DNA from: Candidatus Giovannonibacteria bacterium RIFCSPLOWO2_12_FULL_44_15 | Lineage (GTDB): Bacteria > Patescibacteriota > Minisyncoccia > JACPKW01 > UBA11713 | Reading direction: 5' to 3' | DNA: 51,039 nucleotides | Assembly (NCBI GenBank): GCA_001778905.1 | Contig: MFIQ01000001.1 | Location: 9,539-60,577, forward strand | In this document: one piece after another, positions 24,680 through 34,246 of the stretch | How the letters are laid out: every line of letters begins with the position of its first letter | How positions within the stretch are numbered: the stretch's first letter is position 1 | Position numbers and translations under genes: made by a program | The notes under the pieces: generated by a model | Told to the model about the DNA's origin: nothing | Seen by the model: the letters and a program-made list of their open reading frames with translations, nothing else | The model's database searches: none

Positions 24680-25048
24680 GAAGATGGATCTAGTTATAAG
24701 GTGAAGTTTTACCTTGATATAAAAAGTGGCCGTAGTCCAGTCAAAGATTATATCGACAAACTCAATGATAGAGAAAGAGCGAAAGTATTGAAATATATTG
24801 AGTTTCTTCGCGAAAATAAGGGCGTTCTCGACGAACCGTATTCAAAACATATCAATGGCAAAGTTAGAGAGCTTCGAGTTGACTTTGCGCGACAGCACCA
24901 TAGAATTTTTTACTTTATTTTTGTCGGACGAAATATCATTTTGCTCCACGCTTTTTTGAAGAAAACTCCGAAGACCCCGACTGGCGAAATAAAAAGAGCA
25001 GAGGAGCGTTATAAAAATGTAATATCCAATCAAAAACTCTATGAATAA
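24668..25048 (+). CDS. higB: RelE/ParE-superfamily toxin, HigB / phage Gp49-like
   Basis: PVKDYIDKL...RAKVLKYIEFL ... KHINGKVRELRVDF...HRIFYF...NIILLHAFLKKTPKTPTGEIKRAEERY is the Gp49/HigB-type pattern. It overlaps the downstream HTH gene by 8 nt. Confidence 0.75.
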   Translation: MIYNEDGSSYKVKFYLDIKSGRSPVKDYIDKLNDRERAKVLKYIEFLRENKGVLDEPYSKHINGKVRELRVDFARQHHRIFYFIFVGRNIILLHAFLKKTPKTPTGEIKRAEERYKNVISNQKLYE

Positions 25049-25343
25049 ATCAAAAAAACAATACAAAGTAGTAGATTTTCAAAAATATCTCGCGAGCGAG
25101 CTTAAAAATCCAAAGATACGAAAATATTACAATGAATACGGCAAGCAACTAGAAATTGCGTATCAGATTTTATTGTTGCGCAAACAGGAAGGCATTTCCC
25201 AGTCCGAACTCGCGCAAAAAATCGGCACTACTCAAAGCAATATTGCTCGCATGGAGCAAGGTAAGCAAAACTTTACCACGGAAACACTTCAAAAAATTGC
25301 CTCAGCGCTTAGGCATGATTTGAAAGTAGAATTTGTAAAATAA
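25041..25343 (+). CDS. higA: XRE-family helix-turn-helix antitoxin (HigA-like)
   Basis: It carries the HTH LLRKQEGISQSELAQKIGTTQSNIARMEQGKQNFTTETLQKIASAL. Confidence 0.8.
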   Translation: MNKSKKQYKVVDFQKYLASELKNPKIRKYYNEYGKQLEIAYQILLLRKQEGISQSELAQKIGTTQSNIARMEQGKQNFTTETLQKIASALRHDLKVEFVK

Positions 25344-25352
25344 GGAGGCTGT

Positions 25353-25841
25353 ATGGCAAACGGACTATATCAAACCGAAGGAATTATTTTTAACTCGCAG
25401 GACCAAGGAGAGGCGGATAAGGTTTTGACTATATATACGAAAGAATTCGGGATGTTGAAACTCTTTGCGCGGGGGACTAGAAGATCGAGTTCTAAGCTGA
25501 ATAAATTTTTGAACCTTTTTACATATGGGAAATTCGGTTTTGTTTCCGGAAAAGATTCGTGGCACCTGATTGATGCCGAAGATTTGGGGCGTTTTGATAA
25601 AATTTACGAACCGGAATTCGGCAGGGTATCCAATTTTATAAAAAGATTTTCTCCAGGCGAGGGCGAGGAGCCAAAGCTTTGGGATGCATTTTGGGATTTT
25701 ACAAGAACAGGGGACGAGCTTTTATTCTACGCCAAAGCGCTTTCTATTTTGGGATATTTGGACGAAAAAGAGATCCAGACGCATTCGCGGGAAAATTTAG
25801 CGCAATTGATTTCTGGCGCTATCGCGTCCTCCCAGCTTTGA
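25353..25841 (+). CDS. recO: DNA repair protein RecO, short form (162 aa, no zinc finger)
   Basis: It has the N-terminal OB-fold pattern TEGIIFNSQDQGEADKVLTIYTKEFGMLKLFARGTRRSSSKL. The protein contains no Cys. Confidence 0.65.
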   Translation: MANGLYQTEGIIFNSQDQGEADKVLTIYTKEFGMLKLFARGTRRSSSKLNKFLNLFTYGKFGFVSGKDSWHLIDAEDLGRFDKIYEPEFGRVSNFIKRFSPGEGEEPKLWDAFWDFTRTGDELLFYAKALSILGYLDEKEIQTHSRENLAQLISGAIASSQL

Positions 25842-25927
25842 GTAATTAGATGTCGCCGACTTGGTAGCCGGATGCGCTAATTTTACTAATAATTAAATAA
25901 TTAAAGAATTAGTGGTAAAATTGGCAA

Positions 25928-27802
25928 GTGAGCGAGCATCTCGAAGAACTTAAAAAGCGCCTTTATAAGTCGGGGGAATCTTTTGATGCCAGGTTGCGCC
26001 GCCCGGAATTGACTCCACGGCCCCAGAAGCCCCCAGTTTCTTGGCAGGAGGAAGCCGAGCCCGTTGTTATGATGGAGCCGAAGCATAGCGGGAAAATATG
26101 GTGGATTTTAGGCGCAGTTTTTTTTATAGCCGCGATAGGGGCGGGCGCTTATTATTATTTGAGCAATAATGCAATTTCTAACGAGAGAATTAAGATCAGC
26201 ATTTCCGGCCCAGATGGAGCAGTCGGCGGGGAGAGGGCTACCTGGGAAGTCGCTATCACTAATAACAACAGCAAAGAACTTTCGGGAGCGGCATTGATTT
26301 TCGAATACCCCGCAGGCTCGAAAGTTTTGGACGAAGGAGTTAAGGGATTGCGTTCGAGAAAAATTTTAGAAAATATCGGGCGAGGCCAGACGGTGCGCCT
26401 TTCTTTTAGCGCCTTTATCTACGGCTTTGAAAACGAGTCGAAGGATATTCGAGCGACACTGGAATATACCCCGTCTGGGTCAAGCGTATCTTTTTCAAAA
26501 GAGGAGCTCGCCAAGATTACGGTAACGCGTTCCCCGGTCGGAGTTTCTTTTGATCTTCCATCGGAAATCCGCGCAGGGCAGGAAGTCGAGATTAAGATAA
26601 ATTACGTATCCAATTCATCAAGTGTTCTGGAAAATCTTAATTTGAACCTAGAAGTTCCTTCGAGATTCGTTTATAAAAGCGCAGATCCGAAACCGGATAC
26701 CGGCGGAGGAACATGGTTTTTATCCCCGCTAAATCCTGGAGAAAAAAGAACCATTTCGGTCAGAGGCATTTTAAGCGGGGGCGAGCTTGAGGAAAAAAGC
26801 TTTAAAGCTTCGGTCGGTATTAAAGATCTATCCGGAGAGTTTAGTATTTACGGCCAGGGGGTCGCCACGATTCAGCTGAAAAAACCTTTCTTGGAAGTTG
26901 ATGCAAAGATAAACGGGCAGGATTCCTATGCCGCGCGCCCGGGAGAGTCTGTTTATGTTGAGCTTACATATAAAAACAATTTGACCGTACCGGTGGAGAA
27001 CGCGATTATCGAGGCTGTTTTATCCGGAAAAATATTTAACGAAAGCAAGACCATTGTTCGCCTCGGAACCTATAGATCAATCGATAAAAGAATAATATGG
27101 AATTCTTCTCTGAATAATTCTTTAGCTAGAATTGATCCGGGAGAATCCGGGACTGTGAGCTTCCAGTTGGAAATGCTGGAAAAGATTACGATAAAAACAG
27201 CTGCCGATAAAGAATTCAGTTTGCCGATGCATTTTGAAATCAGGCCTGGGGTAAAGCCCCCCGGGTATGAAGGGGTGGACTTAAAAGGGGAGGATAGTTT
27301 GGATATAAAACTGATCTCGCGCCTTCAGCTTGTTCGAAGAGGGTTTTACTATTCAAAAACCATGCCCAATACGGGCCCGATCCCAGCGAAAGTCGGGCAG
27401 GAAACAACGTTTACCGTAATACTGTCTCTTACAAATTCAACGAATGACCTTGAAGGGGTTAAAGTTCGCGCCTTTCTCCCGCCGTATATGAGCTGGAAAA
27501 ATAAAATTATCCCGTCCTCCACCGTTTCTTACGATCCTAATACGGGAGAGTTGATATGGGATGTCGGAGATTTGAAAGCGGGGGTAGGCTATACTTCTCC
27601 GGCAAAAGAAATAACATTCCAGGTCGGATTTATTCCTTCGGCAAACCAAGTCGGTCAGGTTCCAGATCTTGTTACTAATATCTCGGCCGAAGGGCACGAT
27701 AAATTTACCGATCAAAATCTCCAGGTATCGGTTCCGGCATTAACGCTTAAACTCGAATCTGACCCAAAGATTGATATGCGGAAAACTACGGTGATAAAGT
27801 GA
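25928..27802 (+). CDS. Large membrane-anchored extracytoplasmic protein with repeated beta-sandwich-like modules
   Basis: It starts at GTG. There is a charged N-terminus, one TM helix (IWWILGAVFFIAAIGAGAYYY), then about 540 aa rich in beta-strand-like repeats (patterns such as GE..T..V.I.N / G.......F). I recognise no enzyme motifs. Confidence 0.55.
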   Translation: MSEHLEELKKRLYKSGESFDARLRRPELTPRPQKPPVSWQEEAEPVVMMEPKHSGKIWWILGAVFFIAAIGAGAYYYLSNNAISNERIKISISGPDGAVGGERATWEVAITNNNSKELSGAALIFEYPAGSKVLDEGVKGLRSRKILENIGRGQTVRLSFSAFIYGFENESKDIRATLEYTPSGSSVSFSKEELAKITVTRSPVGVSFDLPSEIRAGQEVEIKINYVSNSSSVLENLNLNLEVPSRFVYKSADPKPDTGGGTWFLSPLNPGEKRTISVRGILSGGELEEKSFKASVGIKDLSGEFSIYGQGVATIQLKKPFLEVDAKINGQDSYAARPGESVYVELTYKNNLTVPVENAIIEAVLSGKIFNESKTIVRLGTYRSIDKRIIWNSSLNNSLARIDPGESGTVSFQLEMLEKITIKTAADKEFSLPMHFEIRPGVKPPGYEGVDLKGEDSLDIKLISRLQLVRRGFYYSKTMPNTGPIPAKVGQETTFTVILSLTNSTNDLEGVKVRAFLPPYMSWKNKIIPSSTVSYDPNTGELIWDVGDLKAGVGYTSPAKEITFQVGFIPSANQVGQVPDLVTNISAEGHDKFTDQNLQVSVPALTLKLESDPKIDMRKTTVIK

Positions 27803-29088
27803 AGGACATGGTTGATTTGGATAAAATCGTTTCTTTAGCCAAGCGCCGCGGTTTTGTTTTCCCGGGCTCGGAGATTTACGGCGGACTTGCGGGGACTTGG
27901 GATCTTGGGCCGCTGGGAGCCGAGATGGCGCACAATATCAAAGAACTTTGGTGGAATCATTTTGTGCGCGCGCACGAAGAGAATTACGGTTTGGCTTCGA
28001 GTATTTTGATGCCAGAGAAAGTTTGGGAAGCGTCAGGACATCTCGAGGGCTTCGCCGATCCTTTGGTAGAATGCAATAAATGTAAGCGCAGGTTTAGGGC
28101 GGATCAACTTGAAGATAAAGAGAAAGGAAAATGTCCCGAATGTGTCGGCGTGCTTTCCGAACCGCGGCAATTTAACCTGATGTTCAAATCACAGGATGCT
28201 TATTTGCGCCCAGAGATTGCGCAGGGCATGTTCGTTAATTTTAAAAATATCTTGGATACAATGCATCCGGAGCTTCCTTTCGGCATTGCTCAGATCGGGC
28301 GCGCTTTTCGAAATGAAATCGCGCCGCGGGATTTTTTGTTTCGCGTACGCGAATTCGATTTGATGGAGTTTGAATATTTTGTCCGCGAAGAGGAATGGGA
28401 AAAAAATTTTGAAAAGTGGAGGGGCGAAATCTGGTCCTGGATTGAGAAAGTCGGGATTAATAAAGATATGGTCCACGAGCTTGAGGTTTCAAAGGAAGAC
28501 CGCGCTCACTACTCCAAGAGGACAATTGATTTTGAATTTGACTACCCATTCGGCAAAAAAGAATTATACGGCCTCGCTTATCGCGGAGATTACGATCTTT
28601 CCGCGCACGAAAAAGCCTCCGGAGCGGATCTGCGTTTTATTGATCAGGCATCCAGCGATAAATTTATTCCGCACGTGATCGAACCAACCTTCGGTTTAGG
28701 CAGAACAATTTTGGCGGTTCTACTATCGTCTTACGCTGAAGATGAGTTAGGCGGGGAGAAAAGAATATTCTTAAGATTAAAACCTGCCATCGCCCCAGTT
28801 ACGGTTGCCATTTTCCCGCTTGTAAAAAATAAGCCTGATTTGGTCGCAAAAGCGCGCGAGATTTATTCCAGCCTCAAGCAATGTGCAAAAAGCGTACAAT
28901 TTGACGACAACGGCAATATCGGTAAGCGATATCGCAGGCAAGACGAAATCGGCACACCATGGTGCGTAACTGTTGACTACCAAACCCTCGAAGACGGCAC
29001 AGTTACCATCCGCGATAGGGATACGGGGGAACAGATTAGAAAGGACCAAAAAGAGCTGGAAAAGTATTTTCCCGAGAGGATTTCATGA
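27799..29088 (+). CDS. glyQS: Glycyl-tRNA synthetase (class II, alpha2 type)
   Basis: IVSLAKRRGFVFPGSEIYGGLAGTWDLGPLG, the motif 2 region FRNEIAPRDFLFRVREFDLMEFEYF, and an anticodon-binding C-terminus are present. The start is GTG 27799 or ATG 27808. Confidence 0.9.
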   Translation: MKDMVDLDKIVSLAKRRGFVFPGSEIYGGLAGTWDLGPLGAEMAHNIKELWWNHFVRAHEENYGLASSILMPEKVWEASGHLEGFADPLVECNKCKRRFRADQLEDKEKGKCPECVGVLSEPRQFNLMFKSQDAYLRPEIAQGMFVNFKNILDTMHPELPFGIAQIGRAFRNEIAPRDFLFRVREFDLMEFEYFVREEEWEKNFEKWRGEIWSWIEKVGINKDMVHELEVSKEDRAHYSKRTIDFEFDYPFGKKELYGLAYRGDYDLSAHEKASGADLRFIDQASSDKFIPHVIEPTFGLGRTILAVLLSSYAEDELGGEKRIFLRLKPAIAPVTVAIFPLVKNKPDLVAKAREIYSSLKQCAKSVQFDDNGNIGKRYRRQDEIGTPWCVTVDYQTLEDGTVTIRDRDTGEQIRKDQKELEKYFPERIS

Positions 29089-30314
29089 GAGAGCGGTTCA
29101 ACACAACTTTCCGCGCCTTGCGGTCGCGCAACTTCCGGCTGTTCTTATTTGGGCAGGGGATTTCGGTTATTGGTACCTGGATGCAGAGGGTGGCCTTGAG
29201 TTGGCTTGTATACAAACTTACAAGCTCAGCTTTGCTCCTGGGTGTGGTAAATTTTGCGAGCTACATCCCGCTACTCGTCGTCTCTCCAATTGCCGGAGTA
29301 TGGATCGATCGGTACCCCAAGATAAAAATTGTAATCGCAACGCAGATTTTATCCATGATCCAAGCGCTTCTCCTCGCCTTTTTAGTACTCTCGGGCAAAA
29401 TCGAAATTTGGCACGTGATTATTTTAAGTTTGTTTTTGGGCGTGATAAATGCCTTCGATGTTCCAGGAAGGCAGTCATCGTATATCAATTTGATAGATAA
29501 TAAAGAGGATCTGCCTAATGCGATAGCGCTTAATTCTGTCGCATTTCATCTTTCGCGCTTCATTGGCCCTTCCGTTGCCGGGGTGATAATCGCGGCATTT
29601 AGCGAGGGCATTTGTTTCCTGGTTAACGGCCTAAGCTATATTCCGGTTATTATCTCGCTTTTTATGATCCGAGCTGTCGACGATGCTAAAAGCGGAGAAG
29701 GGAAGCACGCGCTGGAAGAATTGAAAGATGGATTTAGATATATTTCCGCGAAGCCTGCCTTAAAAAATATACTACTGCTTGTCGCGGCAGTAAGTTTTTT
29801 CGGATGGTCGTATACAATTTTATTGCCGGTTTTCGCGAAAGATATTTTGGGCGGAGGCGCTCTTACTTTTGGATTTCTTAATTCCGCGACTGCTGTCGGG
29901 GCAGTCGTAGGAGCTTTTTACGCGGCATCGCGAAAAAATCTTTTTGGGCTCGAAAGGAGAGCTGTCTTTTTTGCTTCCGTATTCGGCGTTGCCATCGTTT
30001 TATTTGCCTTCTCGAAGATGCTTTGGTTCTCTATGATTTTTGTCGCTCTCTCCGGCTTGGGCGCGATGTTGCACAACACTTCAGCGAATTCATATGTACA
30101 GACATCAGTCAATGATAAAACGCGTGGCAGAGTTATGAGCATCTATGCCTTTGGGCACCAGGGATTGATCCCGGTAGGTAGCTTACTTCTCGGCTGGGCG
30201 GCGTCGTCTTACGGCGCACCAATCGCAATGATGGCCGCTGGAATATTCTGCATCATCTCCATTTTATTTTTAGGCCCGAGGATAGTTACGTCGCCCGCCA
30301 AAAATTCCAGTTGA
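29085..30314 (+). CDS. MFS transporter (MFS_3 / enterobactin-exporter-like topology)
   Basis: A 409-aa ORF with about 12 TM helices. FRLFLFGQGISVIGTWMQ ... G.W.DR are typical motifs. There is an ATGA overlap with glyQS. Confidence 0.8.
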   Translation: MRERFNTTFRALRSRNFRLFLFGQGISVIGTWMQRVALSWLVYKLTSSALLLGVVNFASYIPLLVVSPIAGVWIDRYPKIKIVIATQILSMIQALLLAFLVLSGKIEIWHVIILSLFLGVINAFDVPGRQSSYINLIDNKEDLPNAIALNSVAFHLSRFIGPSVAGVIIAAFSEGICFLVNGLSYIPVIISLFMIRAVDDAKSGEGKHALEELKDGFRYISAKPALKNILLLVAAVSFFGWSYTILLPVFAKDILGGGALTFGFLNSATAVGAVVGAFYAASRKNLFGLERRAVFFASVFGVAIVLFAFSKMLWFSMIFVALSGLGAMLHNTSANSYVQTSVNDKTRGRVMSIYAFGHQGLIPVGSLLLGWAASSYGAPIAMMAAGIFCIISILFLGPRIVTSPAKNSS

Positions 30315-30394
30315 GCCTTATTTTTCCATTGCATTTTCCTTAGTAAGATGCTAATTTTATATTACTTTATTATTTAAGAATTTAGGCGGGTCAA

Positions 30395-31666
30395 ATGAAA
30401 TTCGAGAAAAAGACATTCAAGAACGGGCTTCGGGCGGTGGTGGCGCCGATGATAGATACTCAAGCTATGACCTTGCTTGTGCTTTTTGGGACGGGTTCGA
30501 AATACGAAATAAAGAAATTAAACGGCATTTCGCATTTTTTGGAGCACCTTTTTTTCAAAGGAACGAAGCACCGCCCAAAGGCCGGGCAGGTTAATTTGGA
30601 GCTGGATCGCTTGGGAGCCGAATCAAACGCGTTTACCTCAAAAGAATATACCGGCTATTATGTCAAAGCCGCGGCAAAACATTTCGAAGTCGCGCTTGAT
30701 ATTGTTTCCGATATATTGCTCGAACCGCTTTTCAAAGCCCAAGAAATCGAAAAGGAGAGAGGAGTCATTTTACAGGAACTTTCAATGTATGAGGATAATC
30801 CGCAAAGACAGGCCTATGAAATTTTTGAGGACTTGCTTTATGGCGACCAGCCCGCGGGATGGATGACTGGAGGGTATCCGGAAACTGTAAAAAATATAAA
30901 CAGGGATGATATTATCCACTACAAAAATAGCCACTATCTTTCCTCCAATGCCGTTGTCGCCGTTGCCGGCAACGTGGATCAGGCAAATGTGTTTAAGAAA
31001 ATAGGGAAGGTTTTTTCAAAGATGCCGCAGGGCAAGAAGATCGAGAAGCTAAAAGTAACGGAAGCGCAAGCAAGGCCGCAGGTTAAATTAAAGAAAAAAG
31101 ATGTTGATCAGACGCACATACGTTTAGGCGTGCGCTCCTATGATATGTATGATGAGAGGAGATACCCACTCACAGTTCTAAACACAATAATCGGGGGAAA
31201 CTGGTCCTCGCGCCTATTTACGGAATTAAGGGAAAAGCTCGGGCTTGCTTATTATGTCCGATCTTCAATCGAGCAATACACAGATACGGGATATCTCATT
31301 GCTTCCGCGGGGATTCCTCACGGAACTTTGGGAAAAGTTTCCGAAAAAATTGTGCAGATTTTATCCGGCGCCAGAAAAAAGGGCGTCTCCCCGCAAGAAA
31401 TCAAATTTGCCAAAGAGTATATACGCGGTTCAATGGGCTTGGCTTTCGAATCGTCCGATGAGGTCGCGATGTATCTTGCCTCGCAGGAGCTTTTTTATAA
31501 AAAAATACTGACCCCCGAGGAGGTTTTATTAAAGATTGAGAAGGTTGGAAGAAGCGATATTTCGAGCGTGGCCAAGGATATATTTTCCCCGGGAAAAATC
31601 AATCTTGCCGCTATAACTCCAGACGATAATATAAAGCCGTTTGAAAAAATATTAGCAAAAATATAA
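30395..31666 (+). CDS. M16-family (pitrilysin/insulinase-like) zinc peptidase
   Basis: It has the inverted zinc motif HFLEHLFFKGT (HxxEH) and the downstream ERGVILQE glutamate. Confidence 0.85.
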   Translation: MKFEKKTFKNGLRAVVAPMIDTQAMTLLVLFGTGSKYEIKKLNGISHFLEHLFFKGTKHRPKAGQVNLELDRLGAESNAFTSKEYTGYYVKAAAKHFEVALDIVSDILLEPLFKAQEIEKERGVILQELSMYEDNPQRQAYEIFEDLLYGDQPAGWMTGGYPETVKNINRDDIIHYKNSHYLSSNAVVAVAGNVDQANVFKKIGKVFSKMPQGKKIEKLKVTEAQARPQVKLKKKDVDQTHIRLGVRSYDMYDERRYPLTVLNTIIGGNWSSRLFTELREKLGLAYYVRSSIEQYTDTGYLIASAGIPHGTLGKVSEKIVQILSGARKKGVSPQEIKFAKEYIRGSMGLAFESSDEVAMYLASQELFYKKILTPEEVLLKIEKVGRSDISSVAKDIFSPGKINLAAITPDDNIKPFEKILAKI

Positions 31667-32701
31667 ATGAACGAAGAAAAAATAACAATCGATATCTCAA
31701 TCCTATCTTTGATAAAAATTTTACTCTTTGTTATTTTGGCTTGGGTTGTTTTCGAGTTGCGCGCAGTTATAGGGGTTCTCTTGGCTTCGGTAGTAATCGC
31801 GTCCTCGGTGGATCCGGCAGCGCGCTGGTTTTCCGCCTATAGAATTCCTAGAGTTATCTCGGTTGTCTTGGTGTATTTGGCCGCATTTACAATTTTGGGG
31901 CTGGTTTTTTATCTTATCCTTCCGCCGCTTGTCTCGGAGATGGGCGGTTTTTTGACGGATCTCCCGGACAATATTGAGACTTTTGAGCCAAAAAATATTC
32001 TATCTTTCTTGCCAGAATTGCCTAAGAGTTTCAATAACGTATTGAGGGACGCCATTTTAAATTTCCGAGATTATTCTTTCGAGAGCACATCAGGGCTTCT
32101 TGCCGGAATCGCGAAAATATTCGGAGGAGCCGTTTCATTTATTATGATTATAGTAATTTCGTTCTATCTGTCGGTTGAGGAGCGCGGCATCGAGAATTTT
32201 CTGAAAATAGTTACCCCAAAGGAGTACGAGGGATACGCGCTTGATCTATGGAATCGCTCGAGAAGAAAAATCGGGCTTTGGTTCCAAGGCCAGTTGCTCC
32301 TGGGCTTATTGGTTGGGATCCTCGTTTTTTTGGGCCTTACCATACTCGGCGTTAAATATGCCCTCCTGCTTGCGATCCTTTCCGGAATTTTGGAGATTAT
32401 CCCAGTATTTGGCCCGATAATATCCGCAGTGCCTGCGATCGGAGTTGCGTTCACTCAAAAACCTGTTCTTGGTATAGCCGTCCTTGTCTTGTATGTAATC
32501 ATCCAACAGTTTGAAAACCATCTTATTTACCCATTGGTCGTGAGGAAAACTATCGGGATCCCCCCGCTTCTGGTAATTTTGTCGATTTTTATAGGCGGGG
32601 TGCTGGCGGGGTTTTTTGGGATCATGCTTGCGGTGCCCGTAGCGACTGTGCTTGTTGAATTTATTAATGACTTTGCCAGGCGAAAGCAGATAGAATTTTA
32701 A
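31667..32701 (+). CDS. AI-2E family transporter (PerM/UPF0118)
   Basis: A polytopic 344-aa ORF with the C-terminal motif ILEIIPVFGPIISAVPA typical of the family. Confidence 0.8.
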   Translation: MNEEKITIDISILSLIKILLFVILAWVVFELRAVIGVLLASVVIASSVDPAARWFSAYRIPRVISVVLVYLAAFTILGLVFYLILPPLVSEMGGFLTDLPDNIETFEPKNILSFLPELPKSFNNVLRDAILNFRDYSFESTSGLLAGIAKIFGGAVSFIMIIVISFYLSVEERGIENFLKIVTPKEYEGYALDLWNRSRRKIGLWFQGQLLLGLLVGILVFLGLTILGVKYALLLAILSGILEIIPVFGPIISAVPAIGVAFTQKPVLGIAVLVLYVIIQQFENHLIYPLVVRKTIGIPPLLVILSIFIGGVLAGFFGIMLAVPVATVLVEFINDFARRKQIEF

Positions 32702-34246
32702 ATGGCTAAATTTTATATAACAACGACTCTGCCGTATGTAAATGCGCCACCGCATATTGGTTTTGCCCTCGAGCTTGTGCGAGCTGATATAATCGCACGG
32801 TATCATAGGCTTTTGGGAGATGAAGTCATTTTTAATACCGGGACCGATGAGCACGGCCTGAAGGTTTACCGCAATGCTTTAAAAGAAAATAAAGATCCTA
32901 AGGAATATGTAGATATGCTCGTCAAGCGTTTTGTGTCTCTAAAATCTACTCTAAACGTAAGTTATACGAATTTCATCCGGACGACCGATCCTCATCATAA
33001 AAAAGCCGCCCAGGAATTTTGGAATCGCTGCTCGGCTTCAGGCGATATATATAAACAACTTTATTCTATAAAATATTGCGTCGGATGTGAGCTTGAAAAA
33101 ACGGAATCAGAACTTGATGAATATGGCCGTTGCCCCATCCATCCAAATTTGGAAATCGAGATTATAGAAGAGGAGAACTATTTTTTTCGATGGTCAAAAT
33201 ATCAGGAAAAACTGCTTGAATTGTATTCCTCAAGGCCAGATTTCGTTTTGCCATCTTTCCGCATGAATGAACTTCGCAATTTTGTCTCCTCGGGACTCCG
33301 GGATTTCAGCATCACGCGCAGGCGCGAGAAAATGCCTTGGGGGGTTGCTGTTCCGGAGGATGACGAACATGTGATGTATGTATGGTTTGATGCGCTTGTA
33401 AATTATATTTCAACTTTGGGTTGGCCGGAGGACGAAAAGAAGTTTAAGAATTTTTGGCCAGGCATCCAGATTGCCGGAAAAGACAATCTGCGCCAGCAAG
33501 CCGCGATGTGGCAAGCTATGTTGATGTCGGCTGGGTTACCGTGCTCGAAGCAGATCCTGATTAACGGCTTCATTGAGAGCGGCGGACACAAGATGTCAAA
33601 AAGTTTGGGCAATGTTGTGGACCCAACGGATGTAGTCGGACAATATGGCACGGACGCGCTTCGATATTGGTTTGCGCGAGAAGTGCCAGCTTTCGACGAT
33701 GGGGATTTCACACAAGACAAATTCGCCTTCGCTTACGAGGGAAATTTGGTAAACGGACTTGGAAATTATATCCAGCGCGTTTCAACTATGGTTAAAAATT
33801 ATTTTCCTGAAGGAATCGCGAGGCCAAGCACCGAAGATTTGCTGAAAGTTGCCCTAAAAAGGGGAGATTCGGAATATGTTGCGCTTGAATATTTTATTAA
33901 GAGAATAATTGCCAAAGAATACAGGGAAGCTATGGAAAAGTTTGAGCTTACTAAAGCGATCGACAAAATTTTCGAGCTCTTAAAAGAGCTGGATGTTTTT
34001 GTTCAGGTCCACGAGCCTTTTAAGCTCATAAAAAAAGACAAAGAAAAAGCCAAAGTTATTTTATGGAATTTATGCTATGGCGCCGTCGGACTAGCTTGGC
34101 TGCTTATCCCGTTTTTACCGGAAACATCGGATAAAATATTTGATATATTTGGGATCACGGAGAAAAATCCGCCAGCTGGCGGACCTAAATGGGATAATTT
34201 TAAGGCAAAAGAGCACAAGGCACTTTTCCCGCGAATTGAAAAATGA
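32702..34246 (+). CDS. metG: Methionyl-tRNA synthetase (no C-terminal dimerisation/tRNA-binding domain)
   Basis: FYITTTLPYVNAPPHIGF (the HIGH position reads HIGF), TGTDEHGLKV, a zinc knuckle (CVGCE...CPIH) and KMSKSLGN are present. Confidence 0.95.
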   Translation: MAKFYITTTLPYVNAPPHIGFALELVRADIIARYHRLLGDEVIFNTGTDEHGLKVYRNALKENKDPKEYVDMLVKRFVSLKSTLNVSYTNFIRTTDPHHKKAAQEFWNRCSASGDIYKQLYSIKYCVGCELEKTESELDEYGRCPIHPNLEIEIIEEENYFFRWSKYQEKLLELYSSRPDFVLPSFRMNELRNFVSSGLRDFSITRRREKMPWGVAVPEDDEHVMYVWFDALVNYISTLGWPEDEKKFKNFWPGIQIAGKDNLRQQAAMWQAMLMSAGLPCSKQILINGFIESGGHKMSKSLGNVVDPTDVVGQYGTDALRYWFAREVPAFDDGDFTQDKFAFAYEGNLVNGLGNYIQRVSTMVKNYFPEGIARPSTEDLLKVALKRGDSEYVALEYFIKRIIAKEYREAMEKFELTKAIDKIFELLKELDVFVQVHEPFKLIKKDKEKAKVILWNLCYGAVGLAWLLIPFLPETSDKIFDIFGITEKNPPAGGPKWDNFKAKEHKALFPRIEK

